Positions 50,601 to 59,656 of a stretch of 64,000 nt of DNA are shown one piece after another (the first letter of the stretch is position 1; every line of letters begins with the position of its first letter). The stretch lies in assembly GCA_963675665.1 (NCBI GenBank), contig OY776510.1, positions 3,520,001 to 3,584,000 of the forward strand. Reading direction: 5' to 3'. Under the pieces are notes generated by a model. The model was not told where the DNA came from and ran no database searches. It saw only the letters and a list, made by a program, of their open reading frames with translations. A program made the translations under genes and the position numbers. Source of the DNA: Spirochaetia bacterium (lineage in GTDB: Bacteria > Spirochaetota > Spirochaetia > UBA9216).

Positions 50601-50720
50601 TCAACCTGTCTGACTCTTTTTCTTATACCTGCGGTTTATAAAATTATTGAAGAAAAAGCGCTCAGTAAGTCTCCGGCGTCATCGCCTCAAAAGCAGCCCG
50701 AACTTCATAAAGACGGTTAA
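47613..50720 (+). CDS. RND efflux permease (AcrB family)
   Basis: GMIVDSSIVVLEN, ARLKPIMMTTLTT; 1035 aa. Confidence 0.95.
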   Translation: MKLSDYSIKHPAVITILLVMISVFGVIAIRNTNQEAFPPMGLPGASVLTVYPGIGSEFMEIEVTRPIEDALSGVSGLKGLSSSSKDSVSVVSVEFRDGEDAYSKLPEIREKLNSVSDTLPEGISGNPEIFIHDAGSFLPIYTLMIKSSLPDEVFSSFIEEDFKSGITRIDGVSNVNIYGGKGRELEIKIHLDELETRGLAVLDIFTMLQYYNISLPAGTVGYLGRNINIRTSGEFTSIDEIENLVIGNKGSSLIYLKDVADIGFTEKQPDSYIRSEGEDAILIDIMKREQGNTIDIINAVDKLINDTNQRFPGKLEFHVVTDQKERTELTINTVIQTALTGIILAILVIYIFLHDFRSTIIIGLSLPISILITFIGMYLTGTTINMLSLSGITVAIGMIVDSSIVVLENTSRHSSEGKTPETAASLGAGEVGGAVLASATTSICVFLPMAFLSGVIGIIMKGLSLSIVFALGSSALVSVIIVPYLSAIFLKKEPKHIRGLSTFHNLIEKALQALTNSYRKLLSKVLRRPAVIILTAIIVLALTVVLVSRLGISFLPPTDTGEIEFDIRTPQFYSLEESRGKADEIDAMCRELVPELATSVFQVNNDGTITGKIRLVKSGERERSVQDIIKILQTTLNNEITDTETIVVNGGFDSLLGMATGGQGFKIRLYGSNLDDIMKEAEKINSFLESDREVIKTQMSMRYGKEEIVSNLMLDYMGNLGITPYEAAITSKIFFSGLEAGTFRFENKNYSMKLTSDIAGQEINEDTISLINIKTASGKPVSMTSLTELERKPAVSVINKQNKTISLTVTAHLNTLDQIEITSRVDDFMKTRELPYGLSWEIGGTSSLVSESFSSLFLILGIAVFLVYSVMVIQFEKFVQPVIIMLSIPFCLIGVVLGLIIFGSIISIIPMLGVISLAGIVVNNGIVLIDYINLIRKRDKLELSEAVITGCTARLKPIMMTTLTTFFGVLPMAFAGGNGSEIYAPLGQAIAGGLITSTCLTLFLIPAVYKIIEEKALSKSPASSPQKQPELHKDG

Positions 50721-51267
50721 GATCACTGTTTATGAATTCATTATAATCAAGCTCTCCGCTTTTAATTCTGTGCAATTCGTCTTCCCAGAATTCGAGCCCT
50801 TCTATATATATATATTTCAGGTTTTCAAGCTTATCAACCTGTTTGAGAACTTCATCCCAGTAATAAAGCGCATCCTTATAATATATTTCAGCCATCTGAA
50901 GACTTTTCAGGTTTTCCTGCTTAAAAGGATAATTGAAAAAATAAGCATCGAATTTATCGAATTTAACAGCAAGCAGTCTGTATTGTTCGATAAGCTTTAA
51001 ATTTACATGCATTATGAACAGCTCGCGATAGCGTTCCCATTCTGCTTCATCCCTTATAACAGCAAGCGCATTTAACGGATTTACAAAAGGACGTTTAAGG
51101 GCAGTCTCCAGGTAATAAATGTTTTCGGCGCTGTCTTCCGGATACTGGATATAGTGTGAATGATAAAGTTTGTAAAATTGTTCAGCATAAATAATTTTAT
51201 AACAGAAAGCAGAATCTGCAGAGAATATCAGTAAAATAAATAATAAAGCGAATAATCCTTTTTTCAC
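50662..51267 (-). CDS. Hypothetical exported protein
   Basis: Signal peptide; helical 201-aa ORF downstream of tmk. Confidence 0.75.
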   Translation of the reverse strand: MKKGLFALLFILLIFSADSAFCYKIIYAEQFYKLYHSHYIQYPEDSAENIYYLETALKRPFVNPLNALAVIRDEAEWERYRELFIMHVNLKLIEQYRLLAVKFDKFDAYFFNYPFKQENLKSLQMAEIYYKDALYYWDEVLKQVDKLENLKYIYIEGLEFWEDELHRIKSGELDYNEFINSDLNRLYEVRAAFEAMTPETY

Positions 51268-51274
51268 ATTTTAA

Positions 51275-51892
51275 TTATCGGCCGATACTCTTCAATATTT
51301 CACTGCAGATTTCAGTCGGGGTCTTGTGCCCGTCAATACGCAGAAGCTTCATCCCGCTGTCGGGATATGCTGCCAGCCCTCGCTCATAATTCTCAACTAT
51401 CTTAAATTGTATATCCGCACCGTCAAATAACTCTTCAAGATCACGCTTGCTCATCCTTTGTCTGCATATTTCCGGGGTGGTATCTATGTAAACAAGATAT
51501 TCAGGCAGAGGGTAGTTGTTAATTGAGCGAACGAATTCAAAACCGCAATCCATGGATTGATAGGCAAGCGAAGAAAAAAGATAACGATCCGAGATTACAA
51601 GTTCACCGATGTTAATGTGTTTTATTATACCGTCTTCTTTATTATACAGATGTTCATGCCTGTCGGCAGAAAAAAGCATTGCCAGAGTTTCCGGCTCGAC
51701 GGTAATCTCTTTTTCAAGCACACGCCTGATAAGCTTTCCTGAAGGCAGCGGGCTTGGTTCGCATGTTTTAAAAACTGCAGTCCCTCTTTTTTCAAGCGCT
51801 TCACCGAGCATATTAAGCTGAGTTGTTGTTCCGCTTCCGTCCAGACCTTCCAAAACAATAAAATTTTTCAGTACTTCAGGGTTTTCCGTCAT
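51275..51892 (-). CDS. tmk: Thymidylate kinase
   Basis: FIVLEGLDGSGTTTQ, SDRYLFSSLAYQ. Confidence 0.95.
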   Translation of the reverse strand: MTENPEVLKNFIVLEGLDGSGTTTQLNMLGEALEKRGTAVFKTCEPSPLPSGKLIRRVLEKEITVEPETLAMLFSADRHEHLYNKEDGIIKHINIGELVISDRYLFSSLAYQSMDCGFEFVRSINNYPLPEYLVYIDTTPEICRQRMSKRDLEELFDGADIQFKIVENYERGLAAYPDSGMKLLRIDGHKTPTEICSEILKSIGR

Positions 51893-51994
51893 AGTATATC
51901 CGATAATAAAATATTGACGTTTTTTCGGCAATATCAATACTGTTTTTAAAACAGATTAACTGACTTTATATTATTTTTGGTGTAAATTCGAAAG

Positions 51995-54900
51995 ATGGTT
52001 CTGAAAACCGACAGCCGTATGCCATTGCTGCTTCAGCTGTCAATTATAACAATATTAATCTGTACGCTACTTGTTGTGCTTTTCCCGGTCAGAACCAGAA
52101 TCAGCGCCTATATAACAGATCAGAAACAGCTGGCAATTGAATATCTTGAAAAAAAGATAAAACATAATATCAGCTACGACAGCATTGCGCCTTCAATTCT
52201 TCATGCTTTTGAAATAAGGGGATTCCGCATTTCTTCGGAAGAAAACCCTGAAGAATATATTTTTGAAGTGGAAAAACTCAGGCTACGTTTTAATTTGTTC
52301 AATTTCAGGCTGTCCAATCCGTTAAACGCTTTTGAAGGCCTGCTTATAGTAAACTCCAAAATTGAATACGACAGCAGTAAAAACCTGGAACTAATTAATG
52401 TTGCTGAATCTTTACTTTCCCCGGGCAAAAACTCCGGAACATCCGAAACGGGCAGAACAGAGCAACTGCTTCCACCGGATTTTACCATACGAGGCCGAAA
52501 TCTTTCCGTATCCGTAAAAACCGAACAGTTTTCCCTTGAACTTTCGAAAATTTTTCTTACACTCGGGACATCGTCCGAAGGCGATCTTGTTTTTGCCGTT
52601 AAAACCGATACTTCCGCAAAACTTTTATCTCTGCCCTCAACAATGCCGCTCGACAGTTTTGAACTTAAATCCGACATGTCCATAAGCGGCAGAATGGATA
52701 CTGCTTTCAATTGGGCTGATCTTGATATCCAGATGAAAAAACTTCAGACAGATGTTTTTTCAATCAACAGGATAAAATTTAATTTCAGATACGAAAAACC
52801 GGGAAAACTTGTCGTCACCAAAACAGGCGACAGTATTCCGGCAGACATGATTCTTACAGCTAATTTTACTGACGGATTATATAATGCGGAGCTTGTTACA
52901 CAGGACTTTGTTTTCAGCAGATATTTCGATACATACGGCTTTCCGGATAATTACAAACTTGTTACCGACGCGGTAATAAGCGGCCGGGCTTCCGCAAGTA
53001 TTAATTCAAAACTTAATGAATTTATGTACTCAGGCAACCTTTCTGTTGGAAATATTACCGGGTTGACCGAAAAACCGGCCGGTATTGAAGCTGTTTTCTC
53101 CGGAACTAACCGGAAACTTGATATAGAGAATTCAAAATTTTTCTGTGATTTGGGCAATGCTTCTTTTCAGGGACAAATTCTTATAGAGAAACTACCGGAA
53201 ATAAACGGTAAATTGACAGTACCCGGCATCAGTTATAACGGTATGAAGTTATCATCAACTCTTGTTGTAAAAACCGAAAAAAACGGAAAATATAAAATAA
53301 CCTCGGATAATACGGAATTTAACGGAATTGTTCTTTCGGCACTCGATCTCGAGCTTCTTCCTTATGAAGAAAATATGGAATACAGCCTGAACACTGATAT
53401 TCTCAACCCCGATTTGACGCCTGAGCACATTTATTCGGAAGGCATCATCCAGTTCGGAAAAGAAATTTACCTGCAGCTCGTTTTTTCTGCAGAGTCTCTT
53501 CTGCTCAAACCTGTAATAGAAGCTCTACCTTTGAACATAGTAATTCCCGAAATACTGAACGGCCTCGAGCTGTCATCTGAAATATACCTGTCGGGAACAG
53601 CCGAACAACTTTCGTTTGCGTCTCCCTTTATCAGAATAAATGATCGCTATAATGACAAACGTTCGCTGACGTTCTCCATTTCAGGAAATAATTCCGGGTT
53701 TCGTCTAAGCGATCTTAATCTTGTTTGGGATGAAAACAGGCTCAGCGGCAGGATATCCACCGATTTAACCGAGACAAACACTTTGGTGCTGCAGTCCAGC
53801 CTGAATCTTAATAAAACGCCGATAAATCTTTCAGGTGTTCTGGATACCGACGGCAGCCTTGCCCTGTACGGGGATTATGATATCAAGCTTAACTGGTACA
53901 GTATCCCCGGAGGCGGAAACAGTATTCTTTTCAATACAAAACGTCTGCCGATTGTTTCAGCAGCTGGTGAAACAGCATTTCTAAGCATCAATGCCACCGG
54001 TATTTTTAATTCGATTGATCAATGGAAACTATTTCTGAAGAACCTTGAAGTAGAAGATATAAAAACCGGATTTGGTCCGGGAAACCTTAAGTTGTCTGCA
54101 CTTTTGGGTGAAAATGGAGGAAATATTTACAACATTCACTACAGTGATTCCGGTAGCGAACTGAACGGAAAAGGCAGCCTGCTGCTTACAGGAATCCTGC
54201 CTCGTCCAGAGGGCAGACTTCAACTGTATGCTAAATCACCTTCGTCTGCCGAAGAATACAATCTTATGATAGGGTTTATTAATGAAAACCTGGACGGGTA
54301 TCTGAATTTCAACAGTTTCCCTTTATCAAGAATTTCCGAAGATTTTCCCCTGAAAGGCGATGTTTTCGGAAGTTTCTCCATAGCCGGAACCGTTGCGTCG
54401 CCACAGATGAGGGTGCAGCTGAATACCGGCAATACTTTCTTTAACAGCGAAAAGTTAAGTATGGAAACCGTACTCAGTTACGAGAATCTTAAACTGAAAC
54501 TGGAACAGCTTTCTGCAGTATACGGCGCCTATCAGATCAGTGATGTCGACGGTCTTCTGGATCTTGAAAACGGTTTTCATCAACTCTCGGCAAGACTGAC
54601 CTCCGAAAGCAAGCTGCTTGGACTGAATGCAGCTCTATACGGAGAAGCTGAAACTGTAAAAATAGACTCATTTTTTAAACTTCCTGAAATTTTCAAATCT
54701 GATTTGAATGCCGATTTGGCCTTTGAGAAACTCTTTTTAAATCTTGAAGCCAAAGATCCGTGGAAATTCCGAATTGTTAAACGTGATAAACTGTTAAATA
54801 TCACCGGAGGCACTCAAGGTGAAATATCGGGAAACTATTTCCAGGACGGGTATTTCACTCTTGATGCGGTAACACCTTTCCCCGTAACGATTTCAGCCTC

Positions 54901-56344
54901 GGGTACAATTAAAAACGGATTAATAAACGCGGCGGTAAAGGATATCAAATATACTTTCGATAATCTGGAAATTCCTTTTTTCTATTTTTACGGGGGAGAA
55001 ATCAATGGAAATTTAAGAATACAGGGGCCTTTAAACGATCCTGATTTCTACGGCCAGCTGGATTGCAGCAATATGGTTTTCAGACCGCCGATTATACAGG
55101 ACATTACCGAACCATTTGATACATCTTTCTTTTTAAGCGGAAAAACTCTTGACCTGCCGGCAACCATGACTGATACAAATAACGGCAAAATATCCATAAA
55201 TCTTACAGCCAATATGGAAAGATGGCTTCCCAGAATATATGATATCAATATTAATGTACCGGTCAATGACTCAGTTTCAGCCGAGTTCTACAAAAAACCT
55301 ATTTATATACGCGGATTCTGCACCGGTCAGATCCATATTTACGGAGATCTTACCCGAATGAATGTAGACGGTCATATAAACGGCACTGAAGCTGTTTTTA
55401 TGGTTAATTATGATCTTGACATAAAATCAATAGGCAGTCCGACTGAATTTACTTCTGGAGAAATGCATTTCAGCTTCGGTGAAAACAATCAGTTTTTCTG
55501 GCCCAGTCAGGAGTTTCCGATTGTGAAAGGCTTTCTCAGCGGTGCCAGCGATTTAACAATGCGTTACGATACAAGCGGCATCGGTGTTGTTCTTGACGGA
55601 GATCTTATACTCAACGGCGGTGAAATATTCTATTTCAAAAAGAATTTTTACATAAAAGAGGGCGAAATAATATTTAACAATAATACTGCCCGGAACCTGG
55701 ATCCCTTGCTCAGCACAAGAGCTGAAATCCGGGACATTAATTCAGAAGGTGAAATGAGCAAAATATATCTTATTGTAGATCAGTCGCCGTTGTCGGCGTT
55801 TTCTCCGCGTTTTGAATCCGAACCTTCCATGTCCACCGCCGAAATAATGGCGATTCTGGGAGGTAATATTCTCGACACCTTCGAATCAGGCGACTCGTCA
55901 ATAAGAAACGCAGTGCTTTTGGGTACCGATTTATTTACACAATTCGCAGTACTGAAAGGTATCGAAGAAAATCTCAAGAACACTTTGGGGCTGGATCTCC
56001 TCTCAATTCGTTCTTCGTTTCTCAGCAATTTACTGGCAAATACGTTATTGTCAAATTCTGATGATTTAAACGGAGACAATTTCAGTAAATATCTTGACAA
56101 TACCACCTTATTCTTGGGAAAGTATTTCACAGATGATATATTCTTACAGGGTATGTTTCAGTTTGATCTTTATAATGATACAGGTTATTCTGAAAACCCG
56201 GAATTAAATTTCGACAGCGAAATTAAGCTTGAATGGGAAAGCCCGATTGCCGACGTAGAACTGAGTTTTTATCCTGATTTTCAGGATCCTGTAGCAGGAC
56301 TCAATCGAACAAGCGTAGGCTTATCATGGCGGTTCTCTTACTAA
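51995..56344 (+). CDS. tamB: TamB/AsmA-like translocation and assembly module protein
   Basis: 1449 aa; N-terminal anchor; beta-rich; DUF490-like C-terminus ending WRFSY; directly upstream of bamA as in spirochaetes. Confidence 0.8.
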   Translation: MVLKTDSRMPLLLQLSIITILICTLLVVLFPVRTRISAYITDQKQLAIEYLEKKIKHNISYDSIAPSILHAFEIRGFRISSEENPEEYIFEVEKLRLRFNLFNFRLSNPLNAFEGLLIVNSKIEYDSSKNLELINVAESLLSPGKNSGTSETGRTEQLLPPDFTIRGRNLSVSVKTEQFSLELSKIFLTLGTSSEGDLVFAVKTDTSAKLLSLPSTMPLDSFELKSDMSISGRMDTAFNWADLDIQMKKLQTDVFSINRIKFNFRYEKPGKLVVTKTGDSIPADMILTANFTDGLYNAELVTQDFVFSRYFDTYGFPDNYKLVTDAVISGRASASINSKLNEFMYSGNLSVGNITGLTEKPAGIEAVFSGTNRKLDIENSKFFCDLGNASFQGQILIEKLPEINGKLTVPGISYNGMKLSSTLVVKTEKNGKYKITSDNTEFNGIVLSALDLELLPYEENMEYSLNTDILNPDLTPEHIYSEGIIQFGKEIYLQLVFSAESLLLKPVIEALPLNIVIPEILNGLELSSEIYLSGTAEQLSFASPFIRINDRYNDKRSLTFSISGNNSGFRLSDLNLVWDENRLSGRISTDLTETNTLVLQSSLNLNKTPINLSGVLDTDGSLALYGDYDIKLNWYSIPGGGNSILFNTKRLPIVSAAGETAFLSINATGIFNSIDQWKLFLKNLEVEDIKTGFGPGNLKLSALLGENGGNIYNIHYSDSGSELNGKGSLLLTGILPRPEGRLQLYAKSPSSAEEYNLMIGFINENLDGYLNFNSFPLSRISEDFPLKGDVFGSFSIAGTVASPQMRVQLNTGNTFFNSEKLSMETVLSYENLKLKLEQLSAVYGAYQISDVDGLLDLENGFHQLSARLTSESKLLGLNAALYGEAETVKIDSFFKLPEIFKSDLNADLAFEKLFLNLEAKDPWKFRIVKRDKLLNITGGTQGEISGNYFQDGYFTLDAVTPFPVTISASGTIKNGLINAAVKDIKYTFDNLEIPFFYFYGGEINGNLRIQGPLNDPDFYGQLDCSNMVFRPPIIQDITEPFDTSFFLSGKTLDLPATMTDTNNGKISINLTANMERWLPRIYDININVPVNDSVSAEFYKKPIYIRGFCTGQIHIYGDLTRMNVDGHINGTEAVFMVNYDLDIKSIGSPTEFTSGEMHFSFGENNQFFWPSQEFPIVKGFLSGASDLTMRYDTSGIGVVLDGDLILNGGEIFYFKKNFYIKEGEIIFNNNTARNLDPLLSTRAEIRDINSEGEMSKIYLIVDQSPLSAFSPRFESEPSMSTAEIMAILGGNILDTFESGDSSIRNAVLLGTDLFTQFAVLKGIEENLKNTLGLDLLSIRSSFLSNLLANTLLSNSDDLNGDNFSKYLDNTTLFLGKYFTDDIFLQGMFQFDLYNDTGYSENPELNFDSEIKLEWESPIADVELSFYPDFQDPVAGLNRTSVGLSWRFSY

Positions 56345-56365
56345 AAAGTGCTCAAAGGAGAAAGC

Positions 56366-59038
56366 ATGCGAAAAATCGCACTTACTGCAATTATTCTTGT
56401 CTTTATTTCAGCGGCTGCATACACCCAGTCTGCGGAATGGTACATAGACAAACCCATACACGAGATACGGTTTACCGGGCTCAATAACATTGACGAATCC
56501 GAGCTAAGCGGAATAACTGAACAGTTTATTAATAAAAAATTTACTGATACCCTGTTCTGGGATCTTCAAAGCAAATTATACGCACTTAATTATTTTGAAA
56601 GTTTTGATGCCAACGCATTTCCTGTTGACGACAACCGCGACAGGGTAATCATAGAATTCTCCGTTACGGAAAGGCCCCTCATAAAATCCATTATCATCAG
56701 GGGCAATAAACGAATTACCAAAACTAAAATCCTGGAGGTAACCATCCTGAAAAAGGATGATATCCTGAATAATGCCAAAGTCAGAATAGATGAAACCGCA
56801 ATTGCCGAACTTTATATCGAAGAAGGGTACCCTGATGTAAAGGTTGAGAGCAGTGTGGAAGATTCTTCAGACACAGGATATGTAGACCTCTTTTTCAATA
56901 TAACCGAAGGAACCCAAACCCGCATCGATATCATATCTTTTTCGGGCAATTCATTTGCTTCAGACAGCACTCTTAAAGGTCAGCTAGAATCAAAACAGCA
57001 ATCTTTATTTTCCAAAGGAATTTTTCAGCAGGGCCTTATTGAAAAAGACAAGGCTGCCATAGAAAAATACTATTTTGACTCCGGTTATATAGACATGAAA
57101 GTTGTCGATGTTGTCATAAACGATGTTGAGAAGGAAAAAGAAGACGATCGGAATTATATAGAAATTATTTTCTACATTGAAGAAGGCGAACAGTGGACAT
57201 TCGGAGGATTCTCTTTCGAGGGAAACATCCTGTTCAGCACTGAAGAACTTTTATCGGTAACGACCCTTAAATCCGGCTCAAAAATCAATAAATCCAGGCT
57301 TGAAGCTGATTTTATGAAAATCGGCGACATGTACTATAACGACGGTTATATTTACAACGCTATAAGCACGGAAGAAATCCGCGATGAACAAACAAATGAA
57401 ATTTCTTTTAAAATGGTAATAGACGAAAAAAGCCGCGCTCATATAGAAAACATAATCATTACCGGAAATGAAAAAACCAAAGATTATGTAATTCTACGTG
57501 AAATACCGCTTGAAGTCGGCGATGTCTTCAGTAAATCAGCTATTATGCAGGGCCTTAATAATCTTTATAATACCCGTTACTTCTCATCTGTTGTCCCGGA
57601 CATGCCGTACGGCTCTGAATTAGGCCTGATGGATCTGGTAATTAATGTTGAAGAACAGAATACAACTGATATTCAGTTCGGCCTGACGTTTACTGCCGCC
57701 GCAGGTTCAATTCCTATTATAGGATTCCTTAAATGGAACGATTCAAACTTTCTCGGGGAAGGGCGAAATATCAGTATCGGTACTGAACTATCACCGACAT
57801 CGCAGGAACTCTCTTTGGGATTCAGCGATAACTGGCTTTTCGAACAGAGAATATCAGCCGGACTGGATTTTTCAATAAGCCATGATCAATATACCGAAGT
57901 CCCGCAGGATATAATGCTTCCTATATTCAACCTTGATCCTGATGATTATGAACAGGTCGTACCTGATCCTTACGACGGACACTGGGTGTGGGCTGACGAC
58001 ACTACTGACGATTACGGCTCCCATACTGCAGGAGATGCTGTAGATACCGATAATTACAGCGATGCAACGCTGGCAACCATGTCTGATGACGGCGACATTG
58101 AAACTGATTATGACTATGCAATGAATAACGGTGAATCGATAGATTCCGACTATCTCATGGATTATGAATCATATACGGTATCATTGGCAGGCAGCGGCGG
58201 ATACACCTTTATCACCCCTGTCGGCAAAGTGTCTCTCGGTACCGGTCTCAGCACATCACTTTCAAAAATTAATTACAATTCATCGCTCTACCGTCCGTAC
58301 GACAAGGATATCCGTGACGCTCTGGGTACAATCAGCCTGACGGACAAGCTATGGCTTACTGCAAGCTGGGACACCAGGGACCTCTACTATTCCCCGACAA
58401 AAGGTTTCATTTTAAAAGAAACTTTTACTTACACCGGAGGATTTCTTTTCGGCAGCAAACATTACATGAAAACAACAACGGACGCCGACGCCTATTTCAA
58501 ACTGTTTGATTTACCTGTAACAGAAGACTGGAATTTCTCAACCGTTTTAGGCCTGCATGGACAGTACTCAATGATTCTTCCGCAGTTCGGTTACTTTGAT
58601 ACGGATTATGACGGCAGCAGAGATACCTGGAAATGGAGCACGGTAGCAACCAGATCTGATCTTCTTTATTACGACGGAATATTTGTTGCAAGAGGCTGGG
58701 GCACAAATTATGACAACAAGGCATTGCTTGATCTGGTAATTGATTTTACAACACCTATCGCTCCCGGAATGCTTTCCTGGAACAGCTTTCTAAGCGGATC
58801 ATCCGTATGGACCGAACCTGAAGATGTTCTCGATATGAGTTTGAGTGACTTTTATTTCAGCCTTGGAACCGGACTGCAGATTGATATACCGAGTTTTCCA
58901 ATTTCATTCTTTCTCGTTAAGCGTGCAAAATTTGTCGACGGTGCAATTGAATGGCAGGCTGGTGATTATTTCGGCAACACCGATACTGAAACTTCAGGAA
59001 TTGACTTTGTTATAACTTTTGATCTTGATTATTTCTAA
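56366..59038 (+). CDS. bamA: Outer membrane protein assembly factor BamA
   Basis: POTRA repeats (GNEKTKDYVILRE), ARGW loop-6 motif, C-terminal Phe. Confidence 0.92.
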   Translation: MRKIALTAIILVFISAAAYTQSAEWYIDKPIHEIRFTGLNNIDESELSGITEQFINKKFTDTLFWDLQSKLYALNYFESFDANAFPVDDNRDRVIIEFSVTERPLIKSIIIRGNKRITKTKILEVTILKKDDILNNAKVRIDETAIAELYIEEGYPDVKVESSVEDSSDTGYVDLFFNITEGTQTRIDIISFSGNSFASDSTLKGQLESKQQSLFSKGIFQQGLIEKDKAAIEKYYFDSGYIDMKVVDVVINDVEKEKEDDRNYIEIIFYIEEGEQWTFGGFSFEGNILFSTEELLSVTTLKSGSKINKSRLEADFMKIGDMYYNDGYIYNAISTEEIRDEQTNEISFKMVIDEKSRAHIENIIITGNEKTKDYVILREIPLEVGDVFSKSAIMQGLNNLYNTRYFSSVVPDMPYGSELGLMDLVINVEEQNTTDIQFGLTFTAAAGSIPIIGFLKWNDSNFLGEGRNISIGTELSPTSQELSLGFSDNWLFEQRISAGLDFSISHDQYTEVPQDIMLPIFNLDPDDYEQVVPDPYDGHWVWADDTTDDYGSHTAGDAVDTDNYSDATLATMSDDGDIETDYDYAMNNGESIDSDYLMDYESYTVSLAGSGGYTFITPVGKVSLGTGLSTSLSKINYNSSLYRPYDKDIRDALGTISLTDKLWLTASWDTRDLYYSPTKGFILKETFTYTGGFLFGSKHYMKTTTDADAYFKLFDLPVTEDWNFSTVLGLHGQYSMILPQFGYFDTDYDGSRDTWKWSTVATRSDLLYYDGIFVARGWGTNYDNKALLDLVIDFTTPIAPGMLSWNSFLSGSSVWTEPEDVLDMSLSDFYFSLGTGLQIDIPSFPISFFLVKRAKFVDGAIEWQAGDYFGNTDTETSGIDFVITFDLDYF

Positions 59039-59116
59039 AATCTAACCGGCATCCCTGCCTGTTAGGCTTTATACTAAACCTCCATCCTTGGAGAGAATTA
59101 TTCTTAGGAGAGAAAA

Positions 59117-59653
59117 TTGATTAAACGATTGTTTTTTACATTATGCATAGCAATAATTGCTGTATTCAGTCTCAGCGCCGAACAACTGTCCAAAATAGGA
59201 ATAGTTAATTTTTCAAGAATAGTCGAAGACTATTTTGCTGAATCATCCGCATGGCGCGAAATAGATACCATGCGAGAAAAATATAATGACGGACGTGATG
59301 AGATTCTTGAAGAAATTAATGATCTCAAAATGGAAAAACTTCAGGCTGAAAACAGTAATAATCAAATAAAGGCCCTTCGTATTGATGATGAAATTTACAA
59401 TAAACAGGAATACTTAAAGGAATTTCATTCCATTTGGCAGAACCGAATCAATACAAAAATCCAGGGGGTATATCAGTCATCTACTTTTACGGCTGAAATA
59501 CTTGACGCTATTACATACATTGCCGAATCTGAAGGTTATTCCATGATAATGCGCACACAGGATCCGGACATTCTCTGGTATAACCACGAAATAGATGTTA
59601 CCAATCTTGTTTTGGAACGCCTCAGGTGGCAGGCTGCCAGAGAATCAGATTGA
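59117..59653 (+). CDS. skp: OmpH/Skp periplasmic chaperone
   Basis: KIGIVN...IAESEGYSMI...DVTNLVL; follows bamA. Confidence 0.85.
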   Translation: MIKRLFFTLCIAIIAVFSLSAEQLSKIGIVNFSRIVEDYFAESSAWREIDTMREKYNDGRDEILEEINDLKMEKLQAENSNNQIKALRIDDEIYNKQEYLKEFHSIWQNRINTKIQGVYQSSTFTAEILDAITYIAESEGYSMIMRTQDPDILWYNHEIDVTNLVLERLRWQAARESD

Positions 59654-59656
59654 TTC

